The position numbers and the translations under genes are program-made. From positions 70,079,333 through 70,143,332 of the forward strand of contig NC_068984.1 of NCBI RefSeq assembly GCF_001194135.2: 64,000 nt of DNA, given 5' to 3'. The notes under the pieces were generated by a model. The model did no database searches and was not told the origin of the DNA. It worked only from the letters and a program-made list of their open reading frames with translations. Positions 38,008-51,029 of the stretch are shown here, one piece after another; the stretch's first letter is position 1; the number at the start of each line of letters is the position of its first letter. This DNA is from Octopus bimaculoides (lineage: Eukaryota).

Positions 38008-39477
38008 GCACACACGCTTGCACTCATATACTCACACACACATGTACACACATATGCTCACATGTGCACACAAGTACACACACTTGCACATAAGGGTATA
38101 TGTGTAGGAGAAAACTTTACATCTGGATATTAACACTAGGAAATTTTGAATGTTACACAGTTAAAGATTATAATTTAACTGCGATAAAATTCAGAATGTA
38201 CTTGCTTTTACAAACTGGCACATTCATTCTGCTAAACACATTTCATGCTGAGAGTATCAGAATGTAAAGTTCCATTCAAACTTAAATGTATGTTATTGCA
38301 ACAGATGAAGAATAATATAAAACAGAAAGTTGCATGGTTTGTAAACTGTAGACAGCAAATGGTAATATTTGCATGGGTGAAGGATAATGTGTAGCTGAAA
38401 GCTGCAAGAAACTGCAATGGTTTGTGACATTAGTTTAAGCTGCAATGGACTTGAACAGTAAATTGTGCATTTGCTCACATTTTCAATGCTCATGAAATGC
38501 ATTGAAGTTGCTTTAGTTTTGGAGAACTGTGTAACTTGAAAGAAGCTGTAATATTGAAGTAGCATGTAGTTGATAAATGAGCTGCAAAGCTGTAATGATT
38601 TCTGTATTAATAATTAGTTTGCACAGCTGTTCTATATAGATGTTAATGAAAGAGAAGTAGCTTACTCTACTAGTTAAGTGATTGTCTGCAGGTCAGGCTG
38701 TGAAGAAGTAAAAATACAGAAGAAAGGCTTGATAGGAAAATACATACAGAGAATGTGTATAAAGAAAACCAGTAGAGAAATGCTTTAAGCAAATCAAAAG
38801 AGAGAAATGACTCTTTCTTTTATAATATCTGTCAGAAGAGTTTGTGTTCAATCAATCCATTTCAACAGTGAATTGTTCAATTTATTGAATGCAGAAATAT
38901 ATCTGCTGTATCAGGTTCAAATCTTGGAACAAGCAATTCAATGACAGATATGTCAAACATTTCTGTTGAAAAGCAATCAAATGGTATGACAACAGTTTTA
39001 ATGGCAGGTTTGATGAGCATAGTACTACTGCACATATATCCGATTTGAAAAATTGTGTATTAGATGGATCTAAATATAAGCACAAAAATGTGCAGGTGTT
39101 ACTTCATATCATTTGCATATCGTGCATATACTCCTCTCCCTTTTCACCACAAGTTATACACTGCAGATGCAAATGTCTCTAGAATCATCTTTAAAAACTA
39201 TTAGTTAGTGCTAACTTCCATTGTATTCATCAAACAAAAGATAAATCTCCTCCTGGATAAGATAGTTGTATATTACATGTAATCTTTCTGGATTGAAAAT
39301 GAATGCCCCCATTAATGATTTTTATTCTTGGTGTGTTAACAGTACAGTTATTTCCTTAGCTTCCATCATTAATGTGATGTGATGCCATTCAGAATATCAT
39401 CAAGATAACTCTAATATCAAACTGTAAAAGCATTTATTCTACCTTTTAATTGCATCATAGTTTTAGAAAAGATTCCT

Positions 39478-40010
39478 TTATACATTTCAGCTGAAAGACC
39501 ATGGCCATGCTGGGGAAACACCAATGTTATCACCTTTTCAATGGCTATTCTCCCATTGTTGGCTTTTGGTGAAGGAAGGAGTCTGATATTTTTGAGTTAC
39601 TTGCATTGATGTAGGTTCATCTGGGAGCAAAAGGTCAAGCTACTGCTTAAAAACATCTACTCACAACTCTGCGTTGATCTGTCTGGATTTATGGCTATAG
39701 GTCTTTGAACCCCAAGCTATTGCAGTACTTGGTTCTCAGTGTAGATGGAATGGGTGGGGCCTTTGGAACAGGACAGTGATGTCCTGTTCAAGGGCAGGTA
39801 TAAGTCTCATTGTTGAAGTTTTGTGTGAATCTCTTCTAGGATCTTTCATATATATATATCAGCACATATCATTCCCAGGGAGTTCTTTCAGTCTCTCCCA
39901 GTAGCCCAGATGAAGAATTTTGTGTACAATGGTTTTATATATGGTTCCTCAAATTTCTCAAGATGCCAGCCATATCTCAAATACTGGACTAAATTAAAAA
40001 CAAGACATTG
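39478..40010 (-). mobile_element. CR1/L2-group LINE 3' fragment
   Basis: HLGYWERLKEL, IYI*KILE, TGHHCPVPK..TKYCNSLGFK, VDVFKQ*LDLLLPDEPTS; 3' end GGTGTTTCCCCAGCATGGCC..GCTGAAA. Confidence 0.85.
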
Positions 40011-40349
40011 AGCTAATGAGTGATCCTTTAAGTGGTTACTTGGAGTATTAGAAATTGCAATCAAATCTCTTTCAAACTATATCTTACATCATTAAGAAAG
40101 AAGAAATAGTCATAACTGAAACAATTTTGATTTTAGTTTTGTTTACTCGAGGTCAACACAGCAAAAACAAACAAACAAACAAACAAACAAACAACAACTA
40201 ATAACACTTTAGATGTAATGTACTCTGAGATACACTATGCTGTGAAATAAAGATGACATGGTTATGATGAGAGAACCTTTAACCATAGGTCTGAAGAATC
40301 ATGGTTCACCATAGGCTAAACAAGAGATATATTGCCTGGCAATCTGTTA

Positions 40350-40497
40350 AGTGGGTTGGCATTAGGAATGGTATCCAGCCATAGAAACCATGCCTAAGTA
40401 GAGCTGAAGTCTAACCATCCAACCAACCCATGCTACATGGGAACAATGGACTTTAAATGATGATGAGGATTATGATGATGATGATGATGATGATGAA
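40350..40497 (+). mobile_element. Family C RTE-tail element
   Basis: GGTTGGCATTAGGAATGGTATCCAGCCATAGAAACCATGCC..CCAACCCATGC..TTAAATGATGATG. Confidence 0.85.
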
Positions 40498-40661
40498 ATT
40501 AAATGGGTTTGCATGTTATCTTCACCAAGGTTTTGTTCAAATAGTCTTTAGATATTGTAAACTCTTGTGCCATAAAATAGACAAAACAACGGATACCTAG
40601 AAATATGTTTGTGTGTAAACGTATTTATAATGCATGTATATGTGTGTATGTATGTATGTGC

Positions 40662-40702
<41 letters not shown>

Positions 40703-41377
40703 TATATACATACATACATATATACATATGTATGTTTATGTCCCCGACCACAATCAGAGAAGTAGTCTTGCTGTATTGAAAGAAAAGTCAAAATTTTTAA
40801 CTCCAAAGGGAAAACACAAGGTTGAGGAAAATGAAGAAAAGCAAACATAGCGTTAACCTTGTTTTCAATTTCCTGTCTTTCCTCATTATCACTTTGAGGA
40901 TATATTGACATATCATAGCTAATTCTAATTTTAAACAACATACACGGAATTGAATATCGTAGACACAACACAAGATCAGGCAATGGGATTCAAGATACAA
41001 ATCAATATTGAAAATGGAACTTATAAATCTATGTGTCTCTCAATGCTTTTTAATGGATTTTGTAATACTCTCTCCATCTATTTGCAGCAGATTTTGAATA
41101 GGATCTGGCTTTGTTATTTATTAACATAGAAGTAGCAACTGCTGCTGCTACTATTGTGTAAATGACTGGCATAATTTATACCAGTGCCATTCGTATTAGT
41201 TTATTGTACACAAGCAGATGTTTTAGAGCATATGACATTCCTACAACCACTCACCTTTGAGATAATGTGTTATTCTTCATAACTGCTGCATTAGCAGCTT
41301 TATCAATTTGCTTGCTCTTGTTGTTGTAGCTGTTGAATAGTGCACAAGGTATAGAAGATCTGAAGGTGCTAAAATAA

Positions 41378-41414
<37 letters not shown>

Positions 41415-42054
41415 TGCCTAGATCATAGAAATTATAGTAGAAGCTGAAGGAATCATGACGAATAGGAATAGAAAAGGAGGATATTCTATAGATTCAGATG
41501 TCTATTAGTTTTTCTTTTTTTCTAGCCATCTCTCTTCATCCTAACACATTAGCTGTTCCAATAATTCAAGTAAATATCTGTGAAAAATAGACCAGCGGTC
41601 TCTTAGTCTTTAATGTTAAAAACATATTGGTAGTGGACATTAATGTATGTAGGTACTTAAAATAAACACAATTTGTCCTGTGGAAAAGAAAAATGATTTT
41701 AGTGAAAGATTTTCTACTCTTACATTTCATATCAAAACCAATAATTTTCTTTGTAAATATAATGCAATGTGTGAAATTTAAGGCCAGAAAAATTTAAGTA
41801 GCTTGACAAAGGAAGATAGTGTTCTTTAATTATTATTAACTGTGGGGTTGATAACATAACTACCAATCAAGAACATCGTCAATAATATTGACTATACTTA
41901 CACATCCCAATTATGAAACCTTGTGTTTACCATCAATAAAATAAAATACCAGTCAACACATGGGCTGATGTATGATATATTCAGTTGTTCCCTCCAGGCA
42001 AGTTACTGGTTAGATGTCTGTATTAGAAATTATTATTATCATCGTATATATGAA

Positions 42055-42264
42055 GGTGGTGAGCTGGCAGAATTGTTAGCTTGCTACACAAAATGCTTCG
42101 TGACATGTCATCCATTTTTGTGTTCTGAGTTCAAATGATGAGAAGATCAACTTTGCTTTCTTCCATTTGTGGTTGAGAAAATAAGTACTTGAGGAGTACT
42201 GGGATCCCCTTCCCCCACAATTTCAGACTTTGTACCTATAGCAGAGAGGATTATTATTATTATT

Positions 42265-42302
<38 letters not shown>

Positions 42303-42304
42303 CA

Positions 42305-42335
<31 letters not shown>
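42055..42335 (+). mobile_element. Family A SINE with expanded (ATT)n tail
   Basis: GGTGGTGAGCTGGCAGAATTGTTAGC head; tail TTTGTACCTATAGCAGAGAGGATTATTATT. Confidence 0.85.
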
Positions 42336-42338
<3 letters not shown>

Positions 42339-42675
42339 GAAAAAATTAATATGAGAGATATAGGAAATATGGCTAAGTACCAAGAAGACCTAGCTATTGA
42401 ATTACAGAGACTATGGAAAGTGTGGGTAAAAAGTATCCCACTTGTCATAGGTGCATTGGGAACCATCCCTAAAGATCTGAACAAATAGATAGAGAAAATA
42501 GATATGAGACCCAGTTTAGTAGAGCTCCAGAAAACAGTGTTATTAAGGACAACTAGGATAATTAGGAGGGTTCTTGATATCTAAGGCTCCTTGTTGTAGT
42601 CCGATGCTAGGATTCTTTTCTTTTCCAACAGTCTAATCTGTTGGGTGTATATGAAAATAATAATAATAATAATAA
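42339..42675 (+). mobile_element. Short 5'-truncated R4/Dong fragment (end of REL domain, 3' UTR, (TAA)n tail)
   Basis: KYQEDLAIELQRLWKVWVKSIPLVIGALGTIPKDLNK*IEKI...ELQKTVLLRTTRIIRRVLDI*, stop at 42582-42584. Confidence 0.9.
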
Positions 42676-42892
42676 TCCTTTCTACTGTAGGCACAAAGCC
42701 TGAAAGTTTGGGAGTGGGTTTAAATTGATTACATCAATCCCAGTACTCAGTTGTTTCTTAAATTATCATCTCCGAGAGGATGAAAGGCAAAATCAACCTT
42801 GGTGGAATTTGAACTCAAAACCTAGCACCAGATGAGATACTGGTAAGCATTTTGCTTTTGTGTGCTATCAATTCTGCCAGCTCATCACCTTA
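42660..42892 (-). mobile_element. Family A SINE, convergent with the 42055 copy
   Basis: AATCCTTTCTACTGTAGGCACAAAGCC..GGAATTTGAACTCAAA..TTCTGCCAGCTCATCACCTTA. Confidence 0.88.
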
Positions 42893-43939
42893 ATGATAAT
42901 AATAATAATGATAATGTTGCTATGCAACGTTTTATTACATCCTCCAGTTTGAATTCAAATCCTATTGTTGTAGATTTTGTCTTTGAATTTCGTGTGGTTG
43001 ATAAAATGTATCTGTTAAATAATGATATCAGTATAATAAATGGTTCTCCTCACCCTAGTTTTCTGGTATTGAGCCTATGCTAAAAATCATTGTCATCATC
43101 ATCATTCTTGTTTGTATTGTTTCCTGTCCTGGCAAGGTGTGTTATATATCATTGCCATGTTTAAACTACATTTAGTTGATTTTTTTTTCTCAAAAGTTAA
43201 TGTTTCCTTATTCCTGTTTTATACTGTACAGAACCACTACAAAGAAAGAGTTAGAAGTTTACTTTTATTTTTTTATAGCCAGACTAAGCTAAAAAAAAAA
43301 AAAAGATAGAAAAAGACATTTTTGAACTGCTTTTGAATCAATTTGCTTTTTCAACATAAGATGTTGATGAGAGATAGAGGTAATTCTTCCTCAAAGAAAA
43401 AACTTTAGTAATGACAATAACAAACAAACAAATATAAAAGTGAAAAATCTGTACAACAAAGTACATACGTAGTGAAACAAAGAAACTGTCATGTTTCTGT
43501 GGACATTGATTTAGTCAGTAATAGAGCTGCCTCTATGGACATTGATAGTAATTAGAATGATTTTGTGATTTTGGCAGCACTTTTAGTAATAACAGAAAGA
43601 GCAACAACAAGTCAAACAAAAGCAGTTCCATATATTTTTAATGATAGCAATTTGATTGTAATGCCATGCTTTATTGTTTGCTCTGAACGAGCAGATCTAT
43701 GATCAAAAGCTATTTCAGAATTTGAGCATCTCATCTTTTTTTTTTGTTTTCAAACATTGTTGTTGCTGTTTAGCTCCAAGTCAGCTCTAATAAGATGAAC
43801 ATATATGATCAAAAGCATTCAGTTTTCAAAGGTATTTAGGTTTACATTATGTAATGTGTCTACCATTTCTTTATAGCACTAGGATATGATCTGAAAGAAA
43901 TTTAACTGGTATTTCTTGCAAGTCAAGCAGAAGAAGATA

Positions 43940-44264
43940 ACCCTGCTTCAGTCATGAATGATAATGGGATTGCATTGAGAAAGTTCGCCCCTGAGGAACA
44001 AATCTGGGCAAATTTGTTTATGGAAGACAAGCTGTCACCCATGCATACCAGCCCCACTCTCTATACCACCAATGTTCTCCAAGGGAAAGGCAAAGGCTGA
44101 TACAGCTTGGCACCAGTGACATTGCTACTCATTCCTACAGCTGAGTGCACTGCAGCAATGTGAAATAAGGTGTCTTTCTCAAGAACACATCACACAGCTT
44201 GGTCCAGGAATTAAACTCACTATCTCATGGTTGTGAGTCTGATACTCTAACCACTAAGCCATAC
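43940..44264 (-). mobile_element. Family E SINE
   Basis: Reverse complement: ATGGCTTAGTGGTTAGAG..GAGTTTAATTCC..GTGTTCTTGAGAAAGACACCTTATTTCAC; colinear with 58441-58772. Confidence 0.88.
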
Positions 44265-45941
44265 GTGAGTAGAAATTTCTTTATTGATTATATACTTTTC
44301 AGGCATAAAAAATCCAAGTAGGCATTATCCAACATGCCCTTCATCTTAAGATGGTATGATATTATGTAAAGGACATTTGGTTATTTCTAACGGGAGGCTG
44401 TGCAGCCACATAGATGTCAGGCTCTCCCATCAGTTAGTAGTTGTAATGTGTTCATAAGAGGAAGTTTGTGGATCAGCTCATCTTGACCTTTAACTCCTAC
44501 AGTTTTATATGCAGTCTAGCTCTGTATGAGTATGTGTGTGTATGTGTATGTTTATGTGTGTATGTATGCATTTGAGTGTGTTTGTGTGTGTGTGTATGTG
44601 TGTGTGTAACTATCTGTCTGTGGCAGCTACACTGGTCCAGGTAAATGAGTGCTACTCAAATGTAGGGGTTTTAGTAAAAAGGTCTGAAAATATTCAAACG
44701 TACACACTTTTTGGATATGGTTATTATAAGAAACAGAATTTCCAAAGGTAGAAACTATAGTTGTACACAATAAGTGCAAATTAATGAAGAATTATAAGAT
44801 TGCTAAAGACAAGCCAATAGTTTTCTTATATTGAACTAAAATATATCAAGAATTCCTATGAATGGTTATTTTCCATATTAGGTAATAAAAAAAACACACT
44901 AACATACACTGATTCATACATGTTGACATACATCAATTTTTTATTCTTTCATTGAAGACACGATTCATTCTAGCATTTCAATAATAGTTGAGCTTATGAG
45001 TTTTGCTTCAACAATTGCTATTTTGTAAACATAATTTTAAAACTATAATCCTGACAACAATATAATTTCTGCCGACAATATAGCAAACAATAACTTTATT
45101 ACTAAACAAAATGGCATTTAAATATATAAATATTCTTAAAAAAATGAATAAAAACATAATATATAGTCTTTAACAAGGACATATTCATGTGTTTACTTTC
45201 TGAATCGTGTAGCAAAAGGAAATATTTCGTTTTGCTATAATATACAAAATATTTGAAAGAATTGCATTATTTTCTGTAGAAACACCCATTATTTGTGGGA
45301 AAATTATTACTTTTTTAAATGCAATCTTGCAATGTGATTGTCAATCAAAATTTTAATATATGTTTCCCTTTGGCAATTTCTAAAAATCATTTTTAACTTT
45401 ATCAAGTATATTGAACAAAATCCTAAAAATTAAATAATACGATGATCATGATGATGATGATCATCATGTTATTGTAACAGCAGCAATTATCATCAGCAAC
45501 AATAGTATTACATTTATCACCATCATCATCAGGTTTAACATGATTCTTCATATTACTATACAGAATTGAGCAATCCTTTACATCAGATTACATCTTACAA
45601 AACATCTGTGAGCTCCCAGTTTAGAGATTGCATCAATACCAAACCACAATCTGCATCAAACATTAATGGCAGAATCAGCAAAATACTTTGCAATATTTAG
45701 TTGCATACGTTTTATGTTCTAAGTTTGTGTCTTACCAAAGATACTTTACTATTCAGATTTTTGGGTTTGGGTCTGAAGTAAAGTATCAGTCAAGAATTAA
45801 GATCAGTCTAATCAATTGTACCTATCCAACAAAAATTTCAGGACTCATGCCTACATTAGAACTCAATATTAACTTGGGGTGTTTGAACCAACAGGGTGTC
45901 TTTACTCATAAAACAGCAACCAAATCTTCTTCAGATCACAC

Positions 45942-45942
<1 letters not shown>

Positions 45943-45985
<43 letters not shown>

Positions 45986-46140
45986 GTTTAATGTCTGCTT
46001 TCCATGCTGGCATGAGTTGGACGGTTTGACTGAGGACTAGCAAGCTAGAAGGCTGCACCAGGCTCCAATCTGATCTGGCAAAGTTTCTACAGCTGGACGC
46101 CCTTCCTAACGCCAAGCATTCTGAGAGTGTAGTAGGTGTA
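45943..46140 (-). mobile_element. Family C RTE-tail element with (CAT)n
   Basis: CATCATCGTTTAATGTCTGCTTTCCATGCTGGCATG..GCCCTTCCTAACGCCAA. Confidence 0.92.
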
Positions 46141-47639
46141 GCAACTTGTAGCATGCCTTTGCCTTCTCTTCCAGCATACACATTTCATTCACTTGCAAAC
46201 CACCTCTTCTGCAGTAGAGACCTGATTACTTTGGTTCATCACGATCATGAGCCATTGAGTGCTACCATCAGTCAGTTATCAGTTGGGATATGTAAGTACC
46301 TTTTATAAGATTCTATACTTTGCCCAAGGATAACTTCAGAGTAATTTTCACTATCAGTGACCTCTGATGATAATGTTTTAATTATACTGGTGATGATATT
46401 TTATGCCCCTGGTTACATTTCTAATACTGCCATCAAGTGGAAACAGAATTTCTTTATCAGTATAAAAGACAGAGAGTTCTAAGTTGAATAAACAAATGTG
46501 TTTACTTTGATCTACTAGAAATAGCAGTAAAATCACCCTTAAATTGCATTGTTCTTTCTTATAAAAGTAAGTAAATATTGATTCATGTTATCCTAGATAT
46601 ACAAAATATGAAAGCTTTCTCTAACTCTGAGTTAAAATTAGGCAACGATATTCTGGTGTTGATATAAAGTACCATTTCAAAGCAGGGAATTGGCAAAATT
46701 GTTGGAGGGTTGGGTGACATACCCAGCAGTATCTGTTCTAGCTATATCTGCTCTAAGAGGAACGCCTGTGATGACAGTGGTGATAAGCTGTATTAGTCCT
46801 GATCAGTGGCCTTCCCTTTAAACAAAGATCAGAGCATCCAACCCATGCCAGCATGGAAAACGAGTAGATGATGATGATGACGACCACAACGATGACGATG
46901 ATGATGACAATGACGATGACAATGATGATGACATGAAGAGGTGAAGGAAATTAATGCATAGGTGGCTACTAGTCTTCACTCAAAAAAGTCCAACCCAGGC
47001 CTGTATAGTCAATATTTACTGATCAAAGCCCTATGAAAATATGAGATGATCAGAGCTGGAATTCCTTTGACCAAATTCATGCTTACTCAGAGTTGACTTG
47101 GAACTAATCTACTACAGCTATTATGCTTCCTAGATGCACATATTTCCCACCTGCAACACTAATGGTTTAGAAGATATTTATCTGGTCATTTATCTGGTTT
47201 TACTTCTTTTTCTATTTGCATGATTATTATAACTGTCCATTCCTATTTCTGATATACTGTTGAAGAATCAATGCTGAAGTATGGATATATGATGAAGCCA
47301 TCATTAAAGCAATGAGAGTAACGTTTCATGGGTGTGTTGGGTTTTGTTTTGTTTGTTTTTGCTTTTATTTGCATTTATATATCCAGAAGTTAAAAGGATG
47401 GGTGAGTCAACTACTCAACTAATCACAATGATAAGTACCCGAAAACGTGTGGTCAGCTTTTGTCCTAATGTATATACGAAGATAGCATAAAGCTAGCACT
47501 TTGCAAAACAAAATGAAATTAATTACTGCAAAACATTTCTATGCAGCTTTTTACTAAACTCGAAATAGCACCAAAGTCCTCCCTTCTATAACAACACACT
47601 CGGCCTGCTTGGTAAACAAAAAGAAAATAAAGACAAAAA

Positions 47640-47800
47640 TAAGCAGGAGGAGAAGGAGATGAAGAAGTGGGGAGATGAAGAAGTGGGGAGATGAAGGAAG
47701 AGGAGGAGAAGATATGAAGAAAGAAGGGGAGAAGATATGAAGAGGAGATGGAGGAAGAGGAGGCGGAGGAGGAGGAAGAGGAGATAGAGATGATATTTAG
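47640..47800. repeat. Purine-rich (GAA/GAG) low-complexity tract with a 16-bp tandem duplication
   Basis: GAAGAAGTGGGGAGAT twice within a GA-rich run. Confidence 0.8.
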
Positions 47801-47884
47801 TATTGATGATGCCACTGCCTCCGATGACATTGGATGATGTTGTTCTGTATGCAAATAAGTTCAGAAAGAAAAACTTTGATTAAA

Positions 47885-48036
47885 AACCACTTTCCATTTA
47901 CCAAATCCACTCACAAGGCTTTGGTCAGCTTGAGGCTATAGTAGAAGACACTTGCCTAACGTGCCACACAGTGGGGCTGAACCTGGAACCATGTGGTTGG
48001 TAAGCAAGCTACTTACCACACAGCCACTGCTGCACC
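47885..48036 (-). mobile_element. Family B SINE 5' part
   Basis: CCAAATCCACTCACAAGGCTTTGGTC..GGAACCATGTGGTTGGTAAGCAAGCTACTTACCACACAGCCACT. Confidence 0.9.
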
Positions 48037-48842
48037 TATGAATATATGCTTATATTCTAAATTAAAATACTAAGCTACCTAAGTGTAACACTGTCAGAAT
48101 CGTCAGTGACATCTATGTAAGTTTTTTAACAGTTCACAAATTACCCAATAAAATAATTATTACACAAGCTGATATGAATTCAAAGAAAGTTTTTAAGAGT
48201 GTCAATGGAAATTGATAATGGCTTAATTGAAGTGAAATAGAGACAAGCTCCTAGAGCTGAAATGCACACAGAGGTGTTCGCTGGAAAGTGTGAATTTTTA
48301 TGTCTTTGTTCTTACAGTTCAGTTAGCAATGATTATGCATGCATCAAAAGTATAATGTGATAGACTATGTTGCCTCTTTTGATCCAATTGACTCATTACC
48401 ATCACTAACCAGCCTCTCTCTCTAGTTATGTCTCCCACTTGAATTGTCTCTCTCTGTGTCTCTATTTCATTATACTAGAGAAAGAGAGAGGAAAGATGGG
48501 TTTGAAAGGAATAAAAAACAGAAAGTTTGATGTAACACAAGTGTGACACTACCATTCTTATCATTACTGAATCTCTTTCTATATGAAAATCACACATTCT
48601 TGCTTTCTTTCTAAACCACTATTCCAGACAGAACATGACACAACTACTCCATTTTGATATTCATTTTTTGAAATATTTTCTTTCTTGATAGGCATTTATG
48701 TGTTTGCAAAGGAAGAATTTTAGATATTTCATAAAATAAATGTTATGCAAACTTCCATGTGGAGTGGTAGACAGTTGTATATAAAGTTATTTAGTTCCCG
48801 TAAACGCGGAAGCTATACATATAAAATTATTCTTATATAAAC

Positions 48843-48847
<5 letters not shown>

Positions 48848-48912
<65 letters not shown>

Positions 48913-48955
48913 ATATCTATCTATCTGTCTATCTATCTATCTATCTATCTATCTG

Positions 48956-48992
<37 letters not shown>

Positions 48993-49042
48993 NNNNNNNN
49001 NNNNNNNNNNNNNNNNNNNNNNNNNNNNNNNNNNNNNNNNNN

Positions 49043-49091
<49 letters not shown>

Positions 49092-49140
49092 TATATACAT
49101 ATATCTATATATATAGATATAGATATAGAGAGATATAGAT
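48848..49140. repeat. Compound (TA)n/(TCTA)n microsatellite around a gap
   Basis: Direct runs. Confidence 0.95.
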
Positions 49141-49224
49141 ATGTTCCCAAATTTGACCCTCCATAAATCCAAAATTTTGGATATATATATATTTACCCAA
49201 ATATTGCCCCATATTTGAACCCAG

Positions 49225-49730
49225 TGCACACATGCTTTTCTGTCTCACCGAAGTTGTATTCATCCATGGTAGCTTCTTATTCATTGGTGAGAACCACCAG
49301 TAGGTATCTGGAGTGTCTTTGTGAATGAGACTGGGTCCAAATATTGCCAACATATTTGTTGGTTCAGAAGTGGCCCAAATCTTCTCAAAATTCATTGAAT
49401 TGACCCGAGGGTTATATAGTTGCTACACTGATGATTATATCACCACATGTAAACAACTGATCAACTTTCTCAGTTACTTCATTTCATTTCACCCCATTCT
49501 TGGATTCCCCTGTGTCATTTCTGAATCCTCTACTGAGTTTTTAGATATCTCTAGCTCCTTTAACTGATTCAACTGCTCTCTCACCTCAACCACCTTCTTC
49601 AAACCCATTGATACTTACCTCTTTTTTGATTTTTTTTCCCCCAACCCATCTACACCAAAGGCACAATTTCTTACTACCAGTTTCTCTGACTCTCTCTTCT
49701 GTGCATCCATGACCAAGTTTTTGAGACATC
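49225..49730 (+). mobile_element. Penelope-like reverse transcriptase fragment
   Basis: SFLFIGENHQ*VSGV..MRLGPNIANIFVG, YSCYTDD, FHPILGFPCVISESSTEFLDI, then TTFFKPIDT: PLE RT motifs QxxGxAMG/GPxxANLF, RYxDD, FHPxLxFT, FLD, YxKPTD. Confidence 0.85.
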
Positions 49731-49808
49731 TACTACTACTACTACTACTACTATTTTGACTCAGAGAGTGGCAAAAGTATTATACACTGAAATCCAGTGA
49801 AGTACAGG

Positions 49809-49972
49809 TCATCATCATCATCATCGTCGTTTAACGTCCGCTTTTCATGCTAGCATGGGTTGGACGATTTAACTGAGGACTGGTGAAATCAGATGGCTAC
49901 ACCAGGCTCCAATCTGATTTGGCAGAGTTTTTACAGCTGGATGCCCTTCCTAAAGCTAACCACTCAGAGAGG
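49809..49972 (-). mobile_element. Family C RTE-tail element
   Basis: CATCGTCGTTTAACGTCCGCTTTTCATGCTAGCATGGGTTGGACG..GGATGCCCTTCCTAA. Confidence 0.92.
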
Positions 49973-50032
49973 TATGTATTATGCATCTATGCATGAATGT
50001 ATGTATGTATGTGTGTATGTATGTGTGTGTGC

Positions 50033-50063
<31 letters not shown>

Positions 50064-50218
50064 ATCATCATCGTTATTTAACATCCATATTACAAGCAGT
50101 CATAGGTTATTTATATATGCATGTTTGTATATACACTGAAAACCAGACACGCACACATGCTCAACTCACTCACCTCTCACACATTCAGATATAAATTATA
50201 CAGATATATATATGTATA

Positions 50219-50252
<34 letters not shown>

Positions 50253-50985
50253 AACACACACACAGTCTTTAAACTAAACACTCGGTTTGTTTTAATGTGA
50301 TCTTGATGTGTTGAAAGGGAAAAAATATTCTCTCATACATCATTTATTTTTACTGCCTAACATGGCAGGCAACTTGGGATCTGATCTCACTTAATCTTGT
50401 TAATACATGCAACTAAATGACTATGAGCTTATGCTGCCTTCATATTTTTCAATATATATAATTATAAATCAAACAAGTGAACATACAACCTATATGGTCA
50501 TATATTATCTAGTATAGGAAAAAAAAAAAGAAATAAAAATGTTTCCACATTTTTGGGGTGAGAATTAATAAAACAGACAAAAAAACAAGAACCAAAACAC
50601 AAATAAAAAATCTCCAGACATTATATCACAGTTTATCATAACGTTGGAGCCAGCGCTGAATGGACTGGCATCTACCGTTATTTTGGTGCACTTTACACAA
50701 ATGCTACTAGTCCATGTTATGATATAAGGCTTGTTTAAATGTCTGCGTAATAGCCCCAGATAGTTATTAATTGAAGAGTTATGAAAGAAAACATACAAAA
50801 CAAAGAAACATACACATTGCATATAAATGTTAAAAAAAAAAAGAAAGGAAAAAGTGGAGGTAAAAATGGCATTCATTCATTTTTAATTCAATCAACTTCA
50901 CTGTATCATTTCCTTAGAGATCCTTCTACAAATTAGATTATATTCTGCATATCTAAATGTTAGATCATAGATGACATTAGAAAAA

Positions 50986-51029
<44 letters not shown>

